A stretch of 64,000 bases of DNA from a virus (taxonomy: Duplodnaviria; Caudoviricetes), in the IMG/VR virus record IMGVR_UViG_3300031998_000077, positions 1,359 through 65,358 of that record. The stretch is one strand, 5' to 3'. Shown here piece after piece: positions 1 through 8,445 of the stretch. The notes below the pieces were generated by a model. It was not told the DNA's origin and searched no databases. It saw only the letters and a list, made by a program, of their open reading frames with translations. Positions within the stretch are counted from its first letter, which is position 1. Each line of letters opens with the position of its first letter. The position numbers were made by a program, and so were the translations under genes.

Positions 1-114
1 CAAGAAAAATGCGCCGCCGCCCCTGTCTCGCCCCTGCCGGAATGCCCTTTTTTCTATACCATATATAAAGAACAAGCACGGGAAAACTTTTTTTCGATTT
101 TTTTGATTTCATGT

Positions 115-142
115 TTGACAATGCGCTTTTTGAGTGTATATT
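115..142 (+). promoter_or_regulatory. sigma70-like promoter of cassette 1 (TTGACA-16-TATATT)
   Basis: Consensus hexamers upstream of the + strand gene run; near-identical to promoters at 35059 and 42017. Confidence 0.8.
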
Positions 143-208
143 AAACATAGAGACAACAAGAAACCAACACGAAACAAACCACGGCGAAAGCCGGAAAGGA
201 AAGACACC

Positions 209-505
209 ATGGAAAAGAAATTCACAGTCAAAGCCCGCTACGGCAAAATCACGCTCACGGCAGACACGGAAAAGCGCAAATTCACGTGGCGCAATGTTTC
301 TGCCGCTATGATTCGTCAGATCATGGAACAGATCAACCCGGAAATGCGGGCTGTGTTCGGCGATTATGTGTGGCAACTCTGCGGCGAGGGCGGCAAGTAT
401 GCGATTCTCGCAATAAGCGGAAGTAAGGCGTTCACGGAAAGCACCGGAAAGACCCCCGCAGAGGCGTTTTGGAACTGCTATCAGGTACGCGCAATTCTCG
501 GATAA
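209..505 (+). CDS. hypothetical protein (cassette 1)
   Basis: ORF with GGAAAGGA RBS before ATG 209. Confidence 0.7.
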   Translation: MEKKFTVKARYGKITLTADTEKRKFTWRNVSAAMIRQIMEQINPEMRAVFGDYVWQLCGEGGKYAILAISGSKAFTESTGKTPAEAFWNCYQVRAILG

Positions 506-521
506 AACACCAGCAACAACC

Positions 522-547
522 GCCCCGGTGAAAGCCGGGGCAAGGAG
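522..547 (+). promoter_or_regulatory. GC hairpin directly fused to RBS (GCCCCGG-TGAAAG-CCGGGGC-AAGGAG)
   Basis: Perfect 7-bp stem abutting the SD of the 557 gene. Confidence 0.6.
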
Positions 548-556
548 ACACAGATC

Positions 557-952
557 ATGGAACACACGCAAGACAAAATCGGAAAGCTCGCCCGGATTAC
601 CGAGGATGCCAAATGGACGAACTACAACACGCCCACCGCAACCCTGCCCGCCGGGAGTATCGTTCGGATTACAAGCTGGAGGCCGGAAGGATTCAATGTC
701 GTTGTTGAGAAATCCAATTCCGACCGGATTGCAAACGGCGAATACTTCTTCATCTTCAAGGAATACGTGAAGACTGCACAGGAAATGCGCCGCCCGGAAA
801 CCGCCGACATAGAAAAGATCGTGGACGAACTCACCGAGTATTGGACGCAGAAAGGCGAAACGCTTTTCATTGATCCGAAATGGCAGATCGACAGTATCAC
901 CAGCATCGTTGCAAGGCGGCTGATGAACAAATGGAACAGCAACAAGGCCTGA
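557..952 (+). CDS. hypothetical protein
   Basis: ORF with AAGGAG RBS. Confidence 0.75.
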   Translation: MEHTQDKIGKLARITEDAKWTNYNTPTATLPAGSIVRITSWRPEGFNVVVEKSNSDRIANGEYFFIFKEYVKTAQEMRRPETADIEKIVDELTEYWTQKGETLFIDPKWQIDSITSIVARRLMNKWNSNKA

Positions 953-969
953 ACCAGAAACCGAAACCC

Positions 970-1005
970 GCCGCCGGGAACCGCCCGGCGGCAAAAGGAG
1001 ACACC
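970..1005 (+). repeat. 36-bp hairpin+RBS element, identical copy at 36391..36426
   Basis: GCCGCCGGGAACCGCCCGGCGGCAAAAGGAGACACC occurs at both sites. Confidence 0.9.
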
Positions 1006-1009
1006 GACC

Positions 1010-1273
1010 ATGAAGAACGGACAAAAGGTTTTTGTGATCTACACACAGCGCATTTCGGTTGCAGTGCCGAAGCGGGAAGTTGTGCGCGAAGCCGTCTTGA
1101 AAGAGTACCACCCGAATATCAGCGAAGTTGACTACGGCGGGATTGTAGGGGTACAGCACGCGTACACGGAGGACATTTTCGCAACGAAGCGCGAAGCCCT
1201 CGAAGAGGTTTTGATGCGCTACGAAGAGGGCAAGGAACGGATAGAAAAATTGCTCGAAGAACTCGACGACTGA
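1010..1273 (+). CDS. small protein, KxGQxVF...F.T..EA (SH3/KOW-like) family
   Basis: ORF with RBS; motif shared with paralogs in the early operon. Confidence 0.7.
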   Translation: MKNGQKVFVIYTQRISVAVPKREVVREAVLKEYHPNISEVDYGGIVGVQHAYTEDIFATKREALEEVLMRYEEGKERIEKLLEELDD

Positions 1274-1308
1274 CACGAAACCGAAACCACGAAAGGAAAC
1301 TGCACACC

Positions 1309-1437
1309 ATGACAACGAAACACTTTCTGACCGGGCTTTTCGCTTTCCTCGGCATCTTGTGGATGTTCTTCACCGACCGCGAACAGCGCGAGCTTTACAA
1401 CATCTCAATCGGCGAAGCCGAAGACAAGGGGGAATGA
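1309..1437 (+). CDS. 42-aa single-TM peptide
   Basis: MTTKHFLTGLFAFLGILWMFF...; RBS; ATGA overlap with the next gene. Confidence 0.55.
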   Translation: MTTKHFLTGLFAFLGILWMFFTDREQRELYNISIGEAEDKGE

Positions 1438-3158
1438 CGATGAGACAGGAAACCGCCGATCTTGTCGAACGCCTCAAAGAGGCCGGGGAAGACTTTGAAT
1501 TTTACCCCACGACAAAAGAAATGGTACGCGCCATTTGGAAACACGCCACCGACGCGCCCGACCTGTGCAACCATGATGCTTACTGGCATCTCCTTGACAT
1601 CGGATGCGGCACGTGCAATTTCCGCCGCTGGATTGAAGAACTCAACGCGGAAGAGCGGCAGAAATACGACGAAGACACTTTGCGGAATCAGCACTACAAG
1701 GTGCGGGAAATCCACATCAATGAATACTGCGTGATCGAAAAATCCAGCGTCTTGCTTGAACGCCTCGACCGGGAAACCATCGTGCTGGGAACCGACTTTC
1801 ACGAAAGCACACTCATCGACAAGGACTGCGACACCATTTTCTGCAATCCTCCCTATTCGGAGTTTGAGGAATGGACGGCAAAGATCATTCGGGAAAGCCG
1901 GGCGCGCGGAATCTATCTCATCATTCCGGAACGCTGGCGGAAAAGCGAAACCATCAAACAGGCCATTGCCCGCCTGAACGCCCCCGCCCGCCTTGACCGA
2001 GACGGCAAAGAAGAGGTCGTACAGGTGATCGGACATGCGGATTTTCACCACGCGGAACGCAACGCGCGGGCAAAGGTTGACATCCTTTTCATCAACAAGG
2101 AATGGACGAAACAGGAATCAGGCTTTGACGCGATGTTTGACGAACTTTTCGGAATGCCGGATGACAATTACAACAAGTACGAAACCGATTTCAAAGAGGC
2201 GGCGGAACGCGAAAACAAGCTGAAAGCGGAACTGGCCGCCGGAAAGAACAAGGTCGAAATTCTGTGCGACGGCTACAACGCCGCGCGGGATGAACTTTTC
2301 CGCCACTTCAAGACGATTTGCGATCTTGACCCGGACGTTCTGAAATCAATCGGCGTTCACAAAGAGGCCGTAAAGGAAGCCCTCAAAAAGAAATTCTACG
2401 GCCTCAAAAATCTGTATTGGGAATCGGCTTTCGACTGCCTCGAAGAAATCACCTCCCGGCTTACGTCGAAATCGCGGGAAAAGATGCTGGATAAATTCGC
2501 CGCGCTCAAAACCGTTGACTTTACCCCGTCGAATCTCTACGCGATGATTATTTGGGTTATCAAGAATTACAACCAGTACGCCGAAGATCAGTTGATCGAA
2601 CTTTTCTACGCCCTTTCCTCCACGGAGAACGTGCGAAACTACGTCTCGAACAAACGGGTGTTCGAGGAATACCGCTCGCGCTGGGGACAGCCGCGCTCTA
2701 CCCACTACACCCTCGATTACCGGATTGTCTGCACAACCTACGCCCTGCCGGACGGCGACAAATACCGGGATGTTCCCGCCGCAACCGAACTGCAAAGAAT
2801 GCTTGCCCGGAGAATCGGCGACGTTTGCACCGTCGCCAACAACCTTGGCTTTCCTGTCGGAACGCTCGACGTGCCGCGATTCCACGGAGAGATCGGAAAC
2901 GCGCTGGGAAAGGACGGAAAAAAGCTCTTTGAGTTTCGCGCCTACAAGAACCGGAACATTCATATCAAATTCAGCATTGAGCTTATGAAAGCCCTGAACG
3001 TCGCCGCCGCGCAACGCCTTGGCTGGATTCGCAAGCCCGAAGACATCAAGGCCGAATTTACCCCGGAAATGGCGGACGGAGCGGAAAAATACTTCGACCG
3101 CTTCAACCGCTGTGCCATCGACATAAACCGCGCCGCAACCTTGCTGTTGCCCGCATGA
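1434..3158 (+). CDS. class I SAM-dependent amino-DNA methyltransferase with DUF4942-like C-terminus
   Basis: Motif I LDIGCGT, motif IV NPPY, N-terminal EFYPT; long helical C-terminal domain. Confidence 0.75.
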   Translation: MTMRQETADLVERLKEAGEDFEFYPTTKEMVRAIWKHATDAPDLCNHDAYWHLLDIGCGTCNFRRWIEELNAEERQKYDEDTLRNQHYKVREIHINEYCVIEKSSVLLERLDRETIVLGTDFHESTLIDKDCDTIFCNPPYSEFEEWTAKIIRESRARGIYLIIPERWRKSETIKQAIARLNAPARLDRDGKEEVVQVIGHADFHHAERNARAKVDILFINKEWTKQESGFDAMFDELFGMPDDNYNKYETDFKEAAERENKLKAELAAGKNKVEILCDGYNAARDELFRHFKTICDLDPDVLKSIGVHKEAVKEALKKKFYGLKNLYWESAFDCLEEITSRLTSKSREKMLDKFAALKTVDFTPSNLYAMIIWVIKNYNQYAEDQLIELFYALSSTENVRNYVSNKRVFEEYRSRWGQPRSTHYTLDYRIVCTTYALPDGDKYRDVPAATELQRMLARRIGDVCTVANNLGFPVGTLDVPRFHGEIGNALGKDGKKLFEFRAYKNRNIHIKFSIELMKALNVAAAQRLGWIRKPEDIKAEFTPEMADGAEKYFDRFNRCAIDINRAATLLLPA

Positions 3159-3172
3159 AAGGATTCTCGACC

Positions 3173-3517
3173 ATGAAGACGAAGAAAGCGAAAACCCCCG
3201 CAAAAACCGCAAGCGCGCCCTTTTTCCGGTGTCTCTGCGTTCGCGCGCCCTACGCCGGGCGCATTGTGGACGGCACGAAGACGGAGGAATACAGATCGAC
3301 CGCGACACGGATTCGCGGCAGAATCGGCATCGTCGAAAGCGGAACCGGGACGATCATCGGCGAAGCGGAGTTGTACGACTGCACAAAGGTCAGGGAATGG
3401 GAATACGTGTGGCATCTGCGGAACGCGAAGCGATACCGCAAGCCGCGCCCCTACACGCACCCTTTCGGGGCTGTCATTTGGGTCAAGGTTCCGGAGGCCG
3501 CCAATGCCGAAGCATAA
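3173..3517 (+). CDS. ASCH domain protein
   Basis: LCVRAPYAGRIVDGTKTEEYRS matches the ASCH GxKxxExR signature. Confidence 0.8.
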   Translation: MKTKKAKTPAKTASAPFFRCLCVRAPYAGRIVDGTKTEEYRSTATRIRGRIGIVESGTGTIIGEAELYDCTKVREWEYVWHLRNAKRYRKPRPYTHPFGAVIWVKVPEAANAEA

Positions 3518-3752
3518 GTACACAAAAGGGCAGATCGTCTATGTTCTCAATCTGTACCCGCTTGAAGTATTGAAGTGCATATACGATGAAGCGCACAAAC
3601 ATAAAAAGCGGCAGTATTGGGTATGGACGGAAACCGGGAAATGGATTTGCGTTTATGGCGTGATGATCTACACGTCGGAAGAAGAAGCAAAAGCCGCGTT
3701 GGAATTTAGGCGGAACCATCCGCCAGTGTGGAGGGAAAAGGACGCAAATTAA
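3504..3752 (+). CDS. small SH3/KOW-like family protein
   Basis: KYTKGQIVYVL...IYTSEEEAK. Confidence 0.6.
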   Translation: MPKHKYTKGQIVYVLNLYPLEVLKCIYDEAHKHKKRQYWVWTETGKWICVYGVMIYTSEEEAKAALEFRRNHPPVWREKDAN

Positions 3753-3818
3753 AGGAAACCGCCCCCAACCTTTAATGACACGGCGGCTTATTAAAGGTTG
3801 CACCCCTCAACCTTTAAT
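3748..3818. repeat. alternating inverted repeats (CAACCTTTAAT / ATTAAAGGTTG) at a convergent junction; probable bidirectional terminator
   Basis: Copies at 3766-3776 (+), 3790-3800 (-), 3808-3818 (+) and a partial copy at 3748-3755. Confidence 0.65.
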
Positions 3819-4596
3819 TGCCGCCCTCTTTTTCCTCATTTGCCGCCGCTTCGCGGCCTATGCCGATTTTCGTTTTCAGCTCTTCGCCGTCGATGTAGCG
3901 CGGCTCGACCGGGAATCCGAAATACTTGGTGAACTCGTCCATGCTCTCCATGCTGTCGAAAACGATCACCTTGAAGAACTCGGCTGTGTTTTTCAGGTTC
4001 GCCCGCTCTTTGCTGGTCTTGCGGCGGTCTTTGATTTCCTGAATCTTTTCGATGTCGCTTACCACTTCCGGCTCTTCTTCCCGGTCTGTGCCTAAAATGG
4101 CATTGGCGACCGGGGTGTCGAAATTGAGCTGAATGTCAAGGGCGGAGAAACCTGCATCGGCGAAATTCACGCCGTCATTGATGAACAGGCTGGCGAGCTT
4201 GTTCCCGTCGTATTCGCCCATCAGATTTTGATTGTTCAGCTTGATGTTGATTTCCCGCTCTTCCGTTTCGTCAACGTCGATCACGCACACGTCAAGCGCA
4301 TAGTCCTTGCCCCCCTCCAGCTTGTCAAGCTCGGAAAGCCGCTGGTGGCCGCCGACCACGTACCCTGTCCGCTTGTTCCAAACAATCGTATCTACAAGGC
4401 CGTTTTTCTTGATGCTCTTGTTCAGCAGTTTGTGTTCGTGTTCGTTCATTACCCTCGGATTGTACGGGGCTTCTTTCAGCATGGAGCGCGGGATGCGCTG
4501 GATGTTGAACCGCTGAAAGCGGCTCACGTGCTGTTGATCGGTTCCGGACGTTTCAGGATTCGGTTTCTGCGGCTTTACGCCTCGCTTTGAACTCAT
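3814..4596 (-). CDS. ParB/Srx N-terminal domain protein
   Basis: LKEAPYNPR...SIKKNGLVDTIVWN...VVGGHQRL. Confidence 0.8.
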   Translation of the reverse strand: MSSKRGVKPQKPNPETSGTDQQHVSRFQRFNIQRIPRSMLKEAPYNPRVMNEHEHKLLNKSIKKNGLVDTIVWNKRTGYVVGGHQRLSELDKLEGGKDYALDVCVIDVDETEEREINIKLNNQNLMGEYDGNKLASLFINDGVNFADAGFSALDIQLNFDTPVANAILGTDREEEPEVVSDIEKIQEIKDRRKTSKERANLKNTAEFFKVIVFDSMESMDEFTKYFGFPVEPRYIDGEELKTKIGIGREAAANEEKEGGN

Positions 4597-5242
4597 TTTG
4601 TTTCTCCTTTGCCTCGATGTAAGGGAAGATTCGTTTGATGGTTTCGTAGTCGTCCGGGAAATGCTCTTTGACGACCTCGACGTTTTCCGGGCGGAGATCG
4701 CCGATGCTCCGTTTCGCATAACGGTATTCCGGAGACAGTTCAACCCCGTGCGTTTTGAGATACTGAAACACCTTTTTCGGGTTCCATTCGGCCAGCGGGT
4801 AGATGCGCTTGTTTTCCTCGTCCACCTCGCCCACGGTCTTTATCATGGCGTTCCTCTCGATGGATTCGCACATCATTTGCCCGTAGCAGAACCACGGCGT
4901 TCCGGTTTCTTCCATGATGTAGTCCTCGATGTCTGTCGGTTTGATGTTCGGACAGGTGTCAGTGAGGAAATTCTGATCGCGGTACAGGCCGCCGCAGTAG
5001 CACGTCCCCAGCATCCAGTGTGGCAGACGCATGATGCCGACGTGATACCGTTCTTCGAGGTAGCGTATGTAGTTCTCCTGAAACTTCAAGCCCCGCACGA
5101 AATACATGAAGAACGGGTAGACGTTCCGGAAATTCTTGACGCACAGATCAAGCATACAAACGCTGTCTTTTCCCAGCGATACGCCCACATTCACGCTTTG
5201 CGTCAGCGTCGCGGCGTACCGGATTGCGTCCATAAGTGCCAT
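4553..5242 (-). CDS. PAPS-reductase-like PP-loop protein
   Basis: GVSLGKDS PP-loop; YPLAEW; AATTGAGGTCAA RBS. Confidence 0.8.
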   Translation of the reverse strand: MALMDAIRYAATLTQSVNVGVSLGKDSVCMLDLCVKNFRNVYPFFMYFVRGLKFQENYIRYLEERYHVGIMRLPHWMLGTCYCGGLYRDQNFLTDTCPNIKPTDIEDYIMEETGTPWFCYGQMMCESIERNAMIKTVGEVDEENKRIYPLAEWNPKKVFQYLKTHGVELSPEYRYAKRSIGDLRPENVEVVKEHFPDDYETIKRIFPYIEAKEKQNEFKARRKAAETES

Positions 5243-5261
5243 TGTTTTGACCTCAATTTTG

Positions 5262-5290
5262 AAAAAACCGCCCGCGACGGAAACGGGCGG
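5262..5290 (-). terminator. rho-independent terminator between the GG-peptides and the PP-loop gene
   Basis: CCGCCCG/CGGGCGG stem followed by T6 on the - strand. Confidence 0.65.
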
Positions 5291-5369
5291 CGGATTCAGG
5301 CGGCTTTCGTTGCCTCTCCGTGTCTTCGTGGTGTCGCGTAGCACACCACAACACGGCACACTTCGTGTG

Positions 5370-5552
5370 TCAGCCGCCGGACATGCCAGCACCGCGACGG
5401 ACACGGGCTTCGGCGGCTCGCTTGGTTCTCCCGGTCGCGGTAACGGGTCTGCGTCCGCGTCCGCGCCGCATGGTCGCGGTGTAGAAACTGCCTCGCGGGT
5501 CGCGCGGCATACCGGGATTGTACTGGTAGCTGATTCTCGGTTTCGTTGCCAT
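5370..5552 (-). CDS. 60-aa Arg-rich peptide ending RRGAGMSGG
   Basis: AGGAG RBS; paralog of 5649..5804. Confidence 0.75.
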   Translation of the reverse strand: MATKPRISYQYNPGMPRDPRGSFYTATMRRGRGRRPVTATGRTKRAAEARVRRGAGMSGG

Positions 5553-5648
5553 TGTCAGGCTCCTGTTTTGGGTTGGTGTTCCTCAAACCATTCGTGCTGT
5601 TTCGTGCGCGATGCGTCAGCCGCGCACTACAGGGGACACGTTCGCGTC

Positions 5649-5804
5649 TTAACCGCCGGACATGCCAGCACCGCGACGCAGACGCGATTCCGCCTGCCGC
5701 TTGGTCGTCCCCCAGCCGCGATACGTCTTGTTGCCTCTCCGCATGGTCGAGACATACCGACCTTCGTCCGGCTGATAGGTCGTGTTGATCTTGGGCTTTG
5801 CCAT
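5649..5804 (-). CDS. 51-aa Arg-rich peptide ending RRGAGMSGG
   Basis: GGAGG RBS; 26-bp identical 3' end shared with 5370..5552. Confidence 0.75.
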   Translation of the reverse strand: MAKPKINTTYQPDEGRYVSTMRRGNKTYRGWGTTKRQAESRLRRGAGMSGG

Positions 5805-5941
5805 GTGCATTCCTCCATTGTGGTGGATGATGGTTGATCGGCGATGCACCGTACACCGCGCGCTGATAAATCATACCCGTGTCAACCCCCGGAAACGAAA
5901 CCCGAACGCCCGGCTTCCGGGAATCGACGCGGAAAGATAGA

Positions 5942-6859
5942 TTATTGATGTGTGTTTTTTGGCAACTCCCTGTATTGCTTCCGCAGAGAAACGACCGTGG
6001 AAACGGAGCATCTGTAACGTTTCGCAAGTTCGCGGACGCTTTTTTCTCCGTGGATAATGTCATGGTAAATAGCTTGTTCCGTTTCCGAAAGCGGCTCGCC
6101 TGCCGTTTTTTTGCGGAAAACTTTCACCGCGCGCGGCATGTGCGTTTTTTTGGCAACCGCGAATTTCTGTTTTGCCAACTTTTTGACGATGTTCGATACC
6201 GTCGTTTTGCTGATGCCGAGGATTTTCGCAACACTCCGGTGGCTCATCTTCTTCACGTAGACGTAGAAATAGATGCCGAGGTCGCGCCCGCTCAATCCAG
6301 CCCCGTTCATCGCCGCTCGTTCCCGGTGTGCCGCCAGCCGCTCCTTTCCCTTTGTCATCTTCTTGCTGATGTTCTGCTTGGAACACTGGTGCATCCGGGC
6401 AAGCGTGGACTGGTTGCACCCGTTCAGGATTTGGAAAAACAGGGCTTCAAATCCCTGCTGGTCGAAAACGTACAGCTCGCCCAGCCGGGAAAGCATCTCC
6501 TTGGTCGCATCGCGCGCTTTCTCTTCCTCTTCCCGCCGCTTGCAGACGGCTTTCAAGGCCGCTTTCGTGCGTTCCGGCACTTCCAGCGCGTCGATTGCCC
6601 GGAGGATTTCTTCGGGCGGCGTTTCCTCGCTCTCATGCTCCCTGCCGATCAGGTACGCACGGTTCGCGTGGTGTTCGTCCGATTCGGAATCCATCTCGTC
6701 GAGGAATGCCGTTTCCCGGAATTGCTTGCGCCGGGCATCTTCGGTTTTCTCTTTCGCCTCGTCCGCGCAGAATTTCTTCATCGGGCAGTTGCGGTTGCAT
6801 TTCCGTTTCGTGCCGAAACATGCCGCCATTTCTTCGTCGGTCGGTTCACGATTGTTCAT
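5942..6859 (-). CDS. multi-HTH (sigma70 r4/LuxR-like) regulator, candidate late activator
   Basis: Three HTH-like segments (QSTLARMHQCSKQNIS; SHRSVAKILGISKTTVS; SVRELAKRYRCSVSTV); last gene of the early operon. Confidence 0.6.
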   Translation of the reverse strand: MNNREPTDEEMAACFGTKRKCNRNCPMKKFCADEAKEKTEDARRKQFRETAFLDEMDSESDEHHANRAYLIGREHESEETPPEEILRAIDALEVPERTKAALKAVCKRREEEEKARDATKEMLSRLGELYVFDQQGFEALFFQILNGCNQSTLARMHQCSKQNISKKMTKGKERLAAHRERAAMNGAGLSGRDLGIYFYVYVKKMSHRSVAKILGISKTTVSNIVKKLAKQKFAVAKKTHMPRAVKVFRKKTAGEPLSETEQAIYHDIIHGEKSVRELAKRYRCSVSTVVSLRKQYRELPKNTHQ

Positions 6860-7190
6860 TGTTGCCGCCTCCGCCGCCGAGGAATGTTACATGTTCCGCC
6901 GTGATTTCGTGGCGGCTTCGCTTCTCGCCGTTCTCGTTCGTCCACGTGTAGTAGTTCAAACGCCCCTCGACGAAGATCGCCCGGCCTTTCGTCAGATACC
7001 GGGCGCACGATTCGCCCTGCTTGCCCCACACCGTTACCCCGATGTAACAGGTGTCCTCTCTCTGCTCGCCGTTCGCCGTGTACGGACGGTTCGACGCGAT
7101 GGAGAACGTGCAAACGCTTCCCCGGCCTGTCTGCTTCAAGGCCGGTTCGGTCGTCAGGTTGCCGATCATAATGATCTTGTTCAGGAACAT
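6846..7190 (-). CDS. ssb: single-stranded DNA-binding protein
   Basis: LNKIIMIGNLTTEP...YLTKGRAIFVEGRL. Confidence 0.95.
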   Translation of the reverse strand: MFLNKIIMIGNLTTEPALKQTGRGSVCTFSIASNRPYTANGEQREDTCYIGVTVWGKQGESCARYLTKGRAIFVEGRLNYYTWTNENGEKRSRHEITAEHVTFLGGGGGNNEQS

Positions 7191-7462
7191 GCTTGGCCTC
7201 CGGGCAGAATGATCGCGCCGGGTTCCGGAGGCAGTTTCGCTTCGAGTTCAGCGATTCTCGCCTGTAGCTTCATTATGTCCCCGTTCGCGTTGTTCAGCTC
7301 TTTCGTCAGCCGCGCATTGTCTTCCCGGAGGGATTCGTTTTCCGCGCAAACGTCGTTGTAGTCGTTCCGCATCCGTTCCATCCATTTGTCCCGGCGCGCG
7401 ATGCTTTCTTTCAGGCTCCGGATTTCTTCACTTTCCTGTGCTTCCATACCCGTTTTCTCCAC
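7181..7462 (-). CDS. coiled-coil hypothetical protein
   Basis: Heptad-rich ORF within the operon. Confidence 0.6.
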   Translation of the reverse strand: MEKTGMEAQESEEIRSLKESIARRDKWMERMRNDYNDVCAENESLREDNARLTKELNNANGDIMKLQARIAELEAKLPPEPGAIILPGGQACS

Positions 7463-7859
7463 GTTCGCTTGCGCTCAATTCTTCGACCTCGACGTATTCC
7501 ACCGCCGGAGCGGGCATGATGACAAGTTGCGCGAAGCGTTCGCCCACCTTGAACGGTTCCATGTCGCCGTTGCAGTAGTACACCGCCATGACCTCGCCGC
7601 GATACCCCGCGTCGATTGTCCCGACCCCGTTGCTCAAAATGGAGTTCGTCTTGTGGACGCTCGACCGGGCGCGGAGTTCCCCTTGGTAGCCGTAGGGGAT
7701 TTCCACCCGGATGCCGGAATGGATGATGACCGCGTTTTCCCCCTTGATCGGCTCGATGGAGTGAACGTGAAGATCAAAGCCCGCGTCGCCGAAATGCCCC
7801 TGTTGCGGGGCTTTTGCGTCCTCGAACATCTTGACGAATTTGATTTTGATTGGTTCCAT
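7428..7859 (-). CDS. dut: trimeric dUTPase (frame open upstream to 8129)
   Basis: DAGFDL, RARSS, GTIDAGYRGE, RFAQLV, RGENGYGSTG; own AGGAG RBS. Confidence 0.95.
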   Translation of the reverse strand: MEPIKIKFVKMFEDAKAPQQGHFGDAGFDLHVHSIEPIKGENAVIIHSGIRVEIPYGYQGELRARSSVHKTNSILSNGVGTIDAGYRGEVMAVYYCNGDMEPFKVGERFAQLVIMPAPAVEYVEVEELSASERGENGYGSTGK

Positions 7860-8094
7860 TGTGGTTTCTGTCTCCTGTTGTTTTTTGAATTGTCCGGGTA
7901 GATCGTATTGCGGAAGAACGTCCGAAAGGTAATCCCACCGCACTACTATCGACCACGGGTAAACTTCCCGCGAAAAATGCGGCGCGAAACACAGCTCGTG
8001 CGTGTCGTCAGTCTCGACGGCGAATCCCACCGCCGCAAACGGCGGGAGATCGTCGAATTTGCACCATGCGATGATGTTCGCAAAGAGTCTCGGC

Positions 8095-8445
8095 TTATTT
8101 GCGGCGGTTGAGCTTTTTGAGCTTGACATAGTAATTCATCGGCTCCTTTCCGGCGTGGTATAACGCCTCTTTCCATTTCTGTACCATGCACGGCTCTTTC
8201 GGGGAGAAAGGGCAGTGTTCCCCCGCGTGGCTTGGGTCGAGAAAATTCCCCTCCAAGCAGTATTCGCACGTCTTCTTGACCGCTTCTTGCAGACAGTCGA
8301 AAAGCTCGTCTGCCGCCCTCTGCCGCCCGGAATGAACCAGCAGATGCACGGCGAGGCTGGGGATTTGCACCGCCGCCGCCCGGTACGTGATCGCCGGGGC
8401 GGTTTCTGTTTCGGATTTCACCGTGAAGAAAGATTCTCCCCTCAT
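8095..8445 (-). CDS. hypothetical protein, LYDAL...CxxC...C...C..KW family
   Basis: LFDCLQEAVKKTCEYC...CPF...CMVQKWKEAL. Confidence 0.6.
   Translation of the reverse strand: MRGESFFTVKSETETAPAITYRAAAVQIPSLAVHLLVHSGRQRAADELFDCLQEAVKKTCEYCLEGNFLDPSHAGEHCPFSPKEPCMVQKWKEALYHAGKEPMNYYVKLKKLNRRK

Noticed and set aside
4553-5242. True cysH or a Dnd phosphorothioation operon
   Set aside because: No sulfate-assimilation or dndB/D/E genes nearby; only the PP-loop fold is supported
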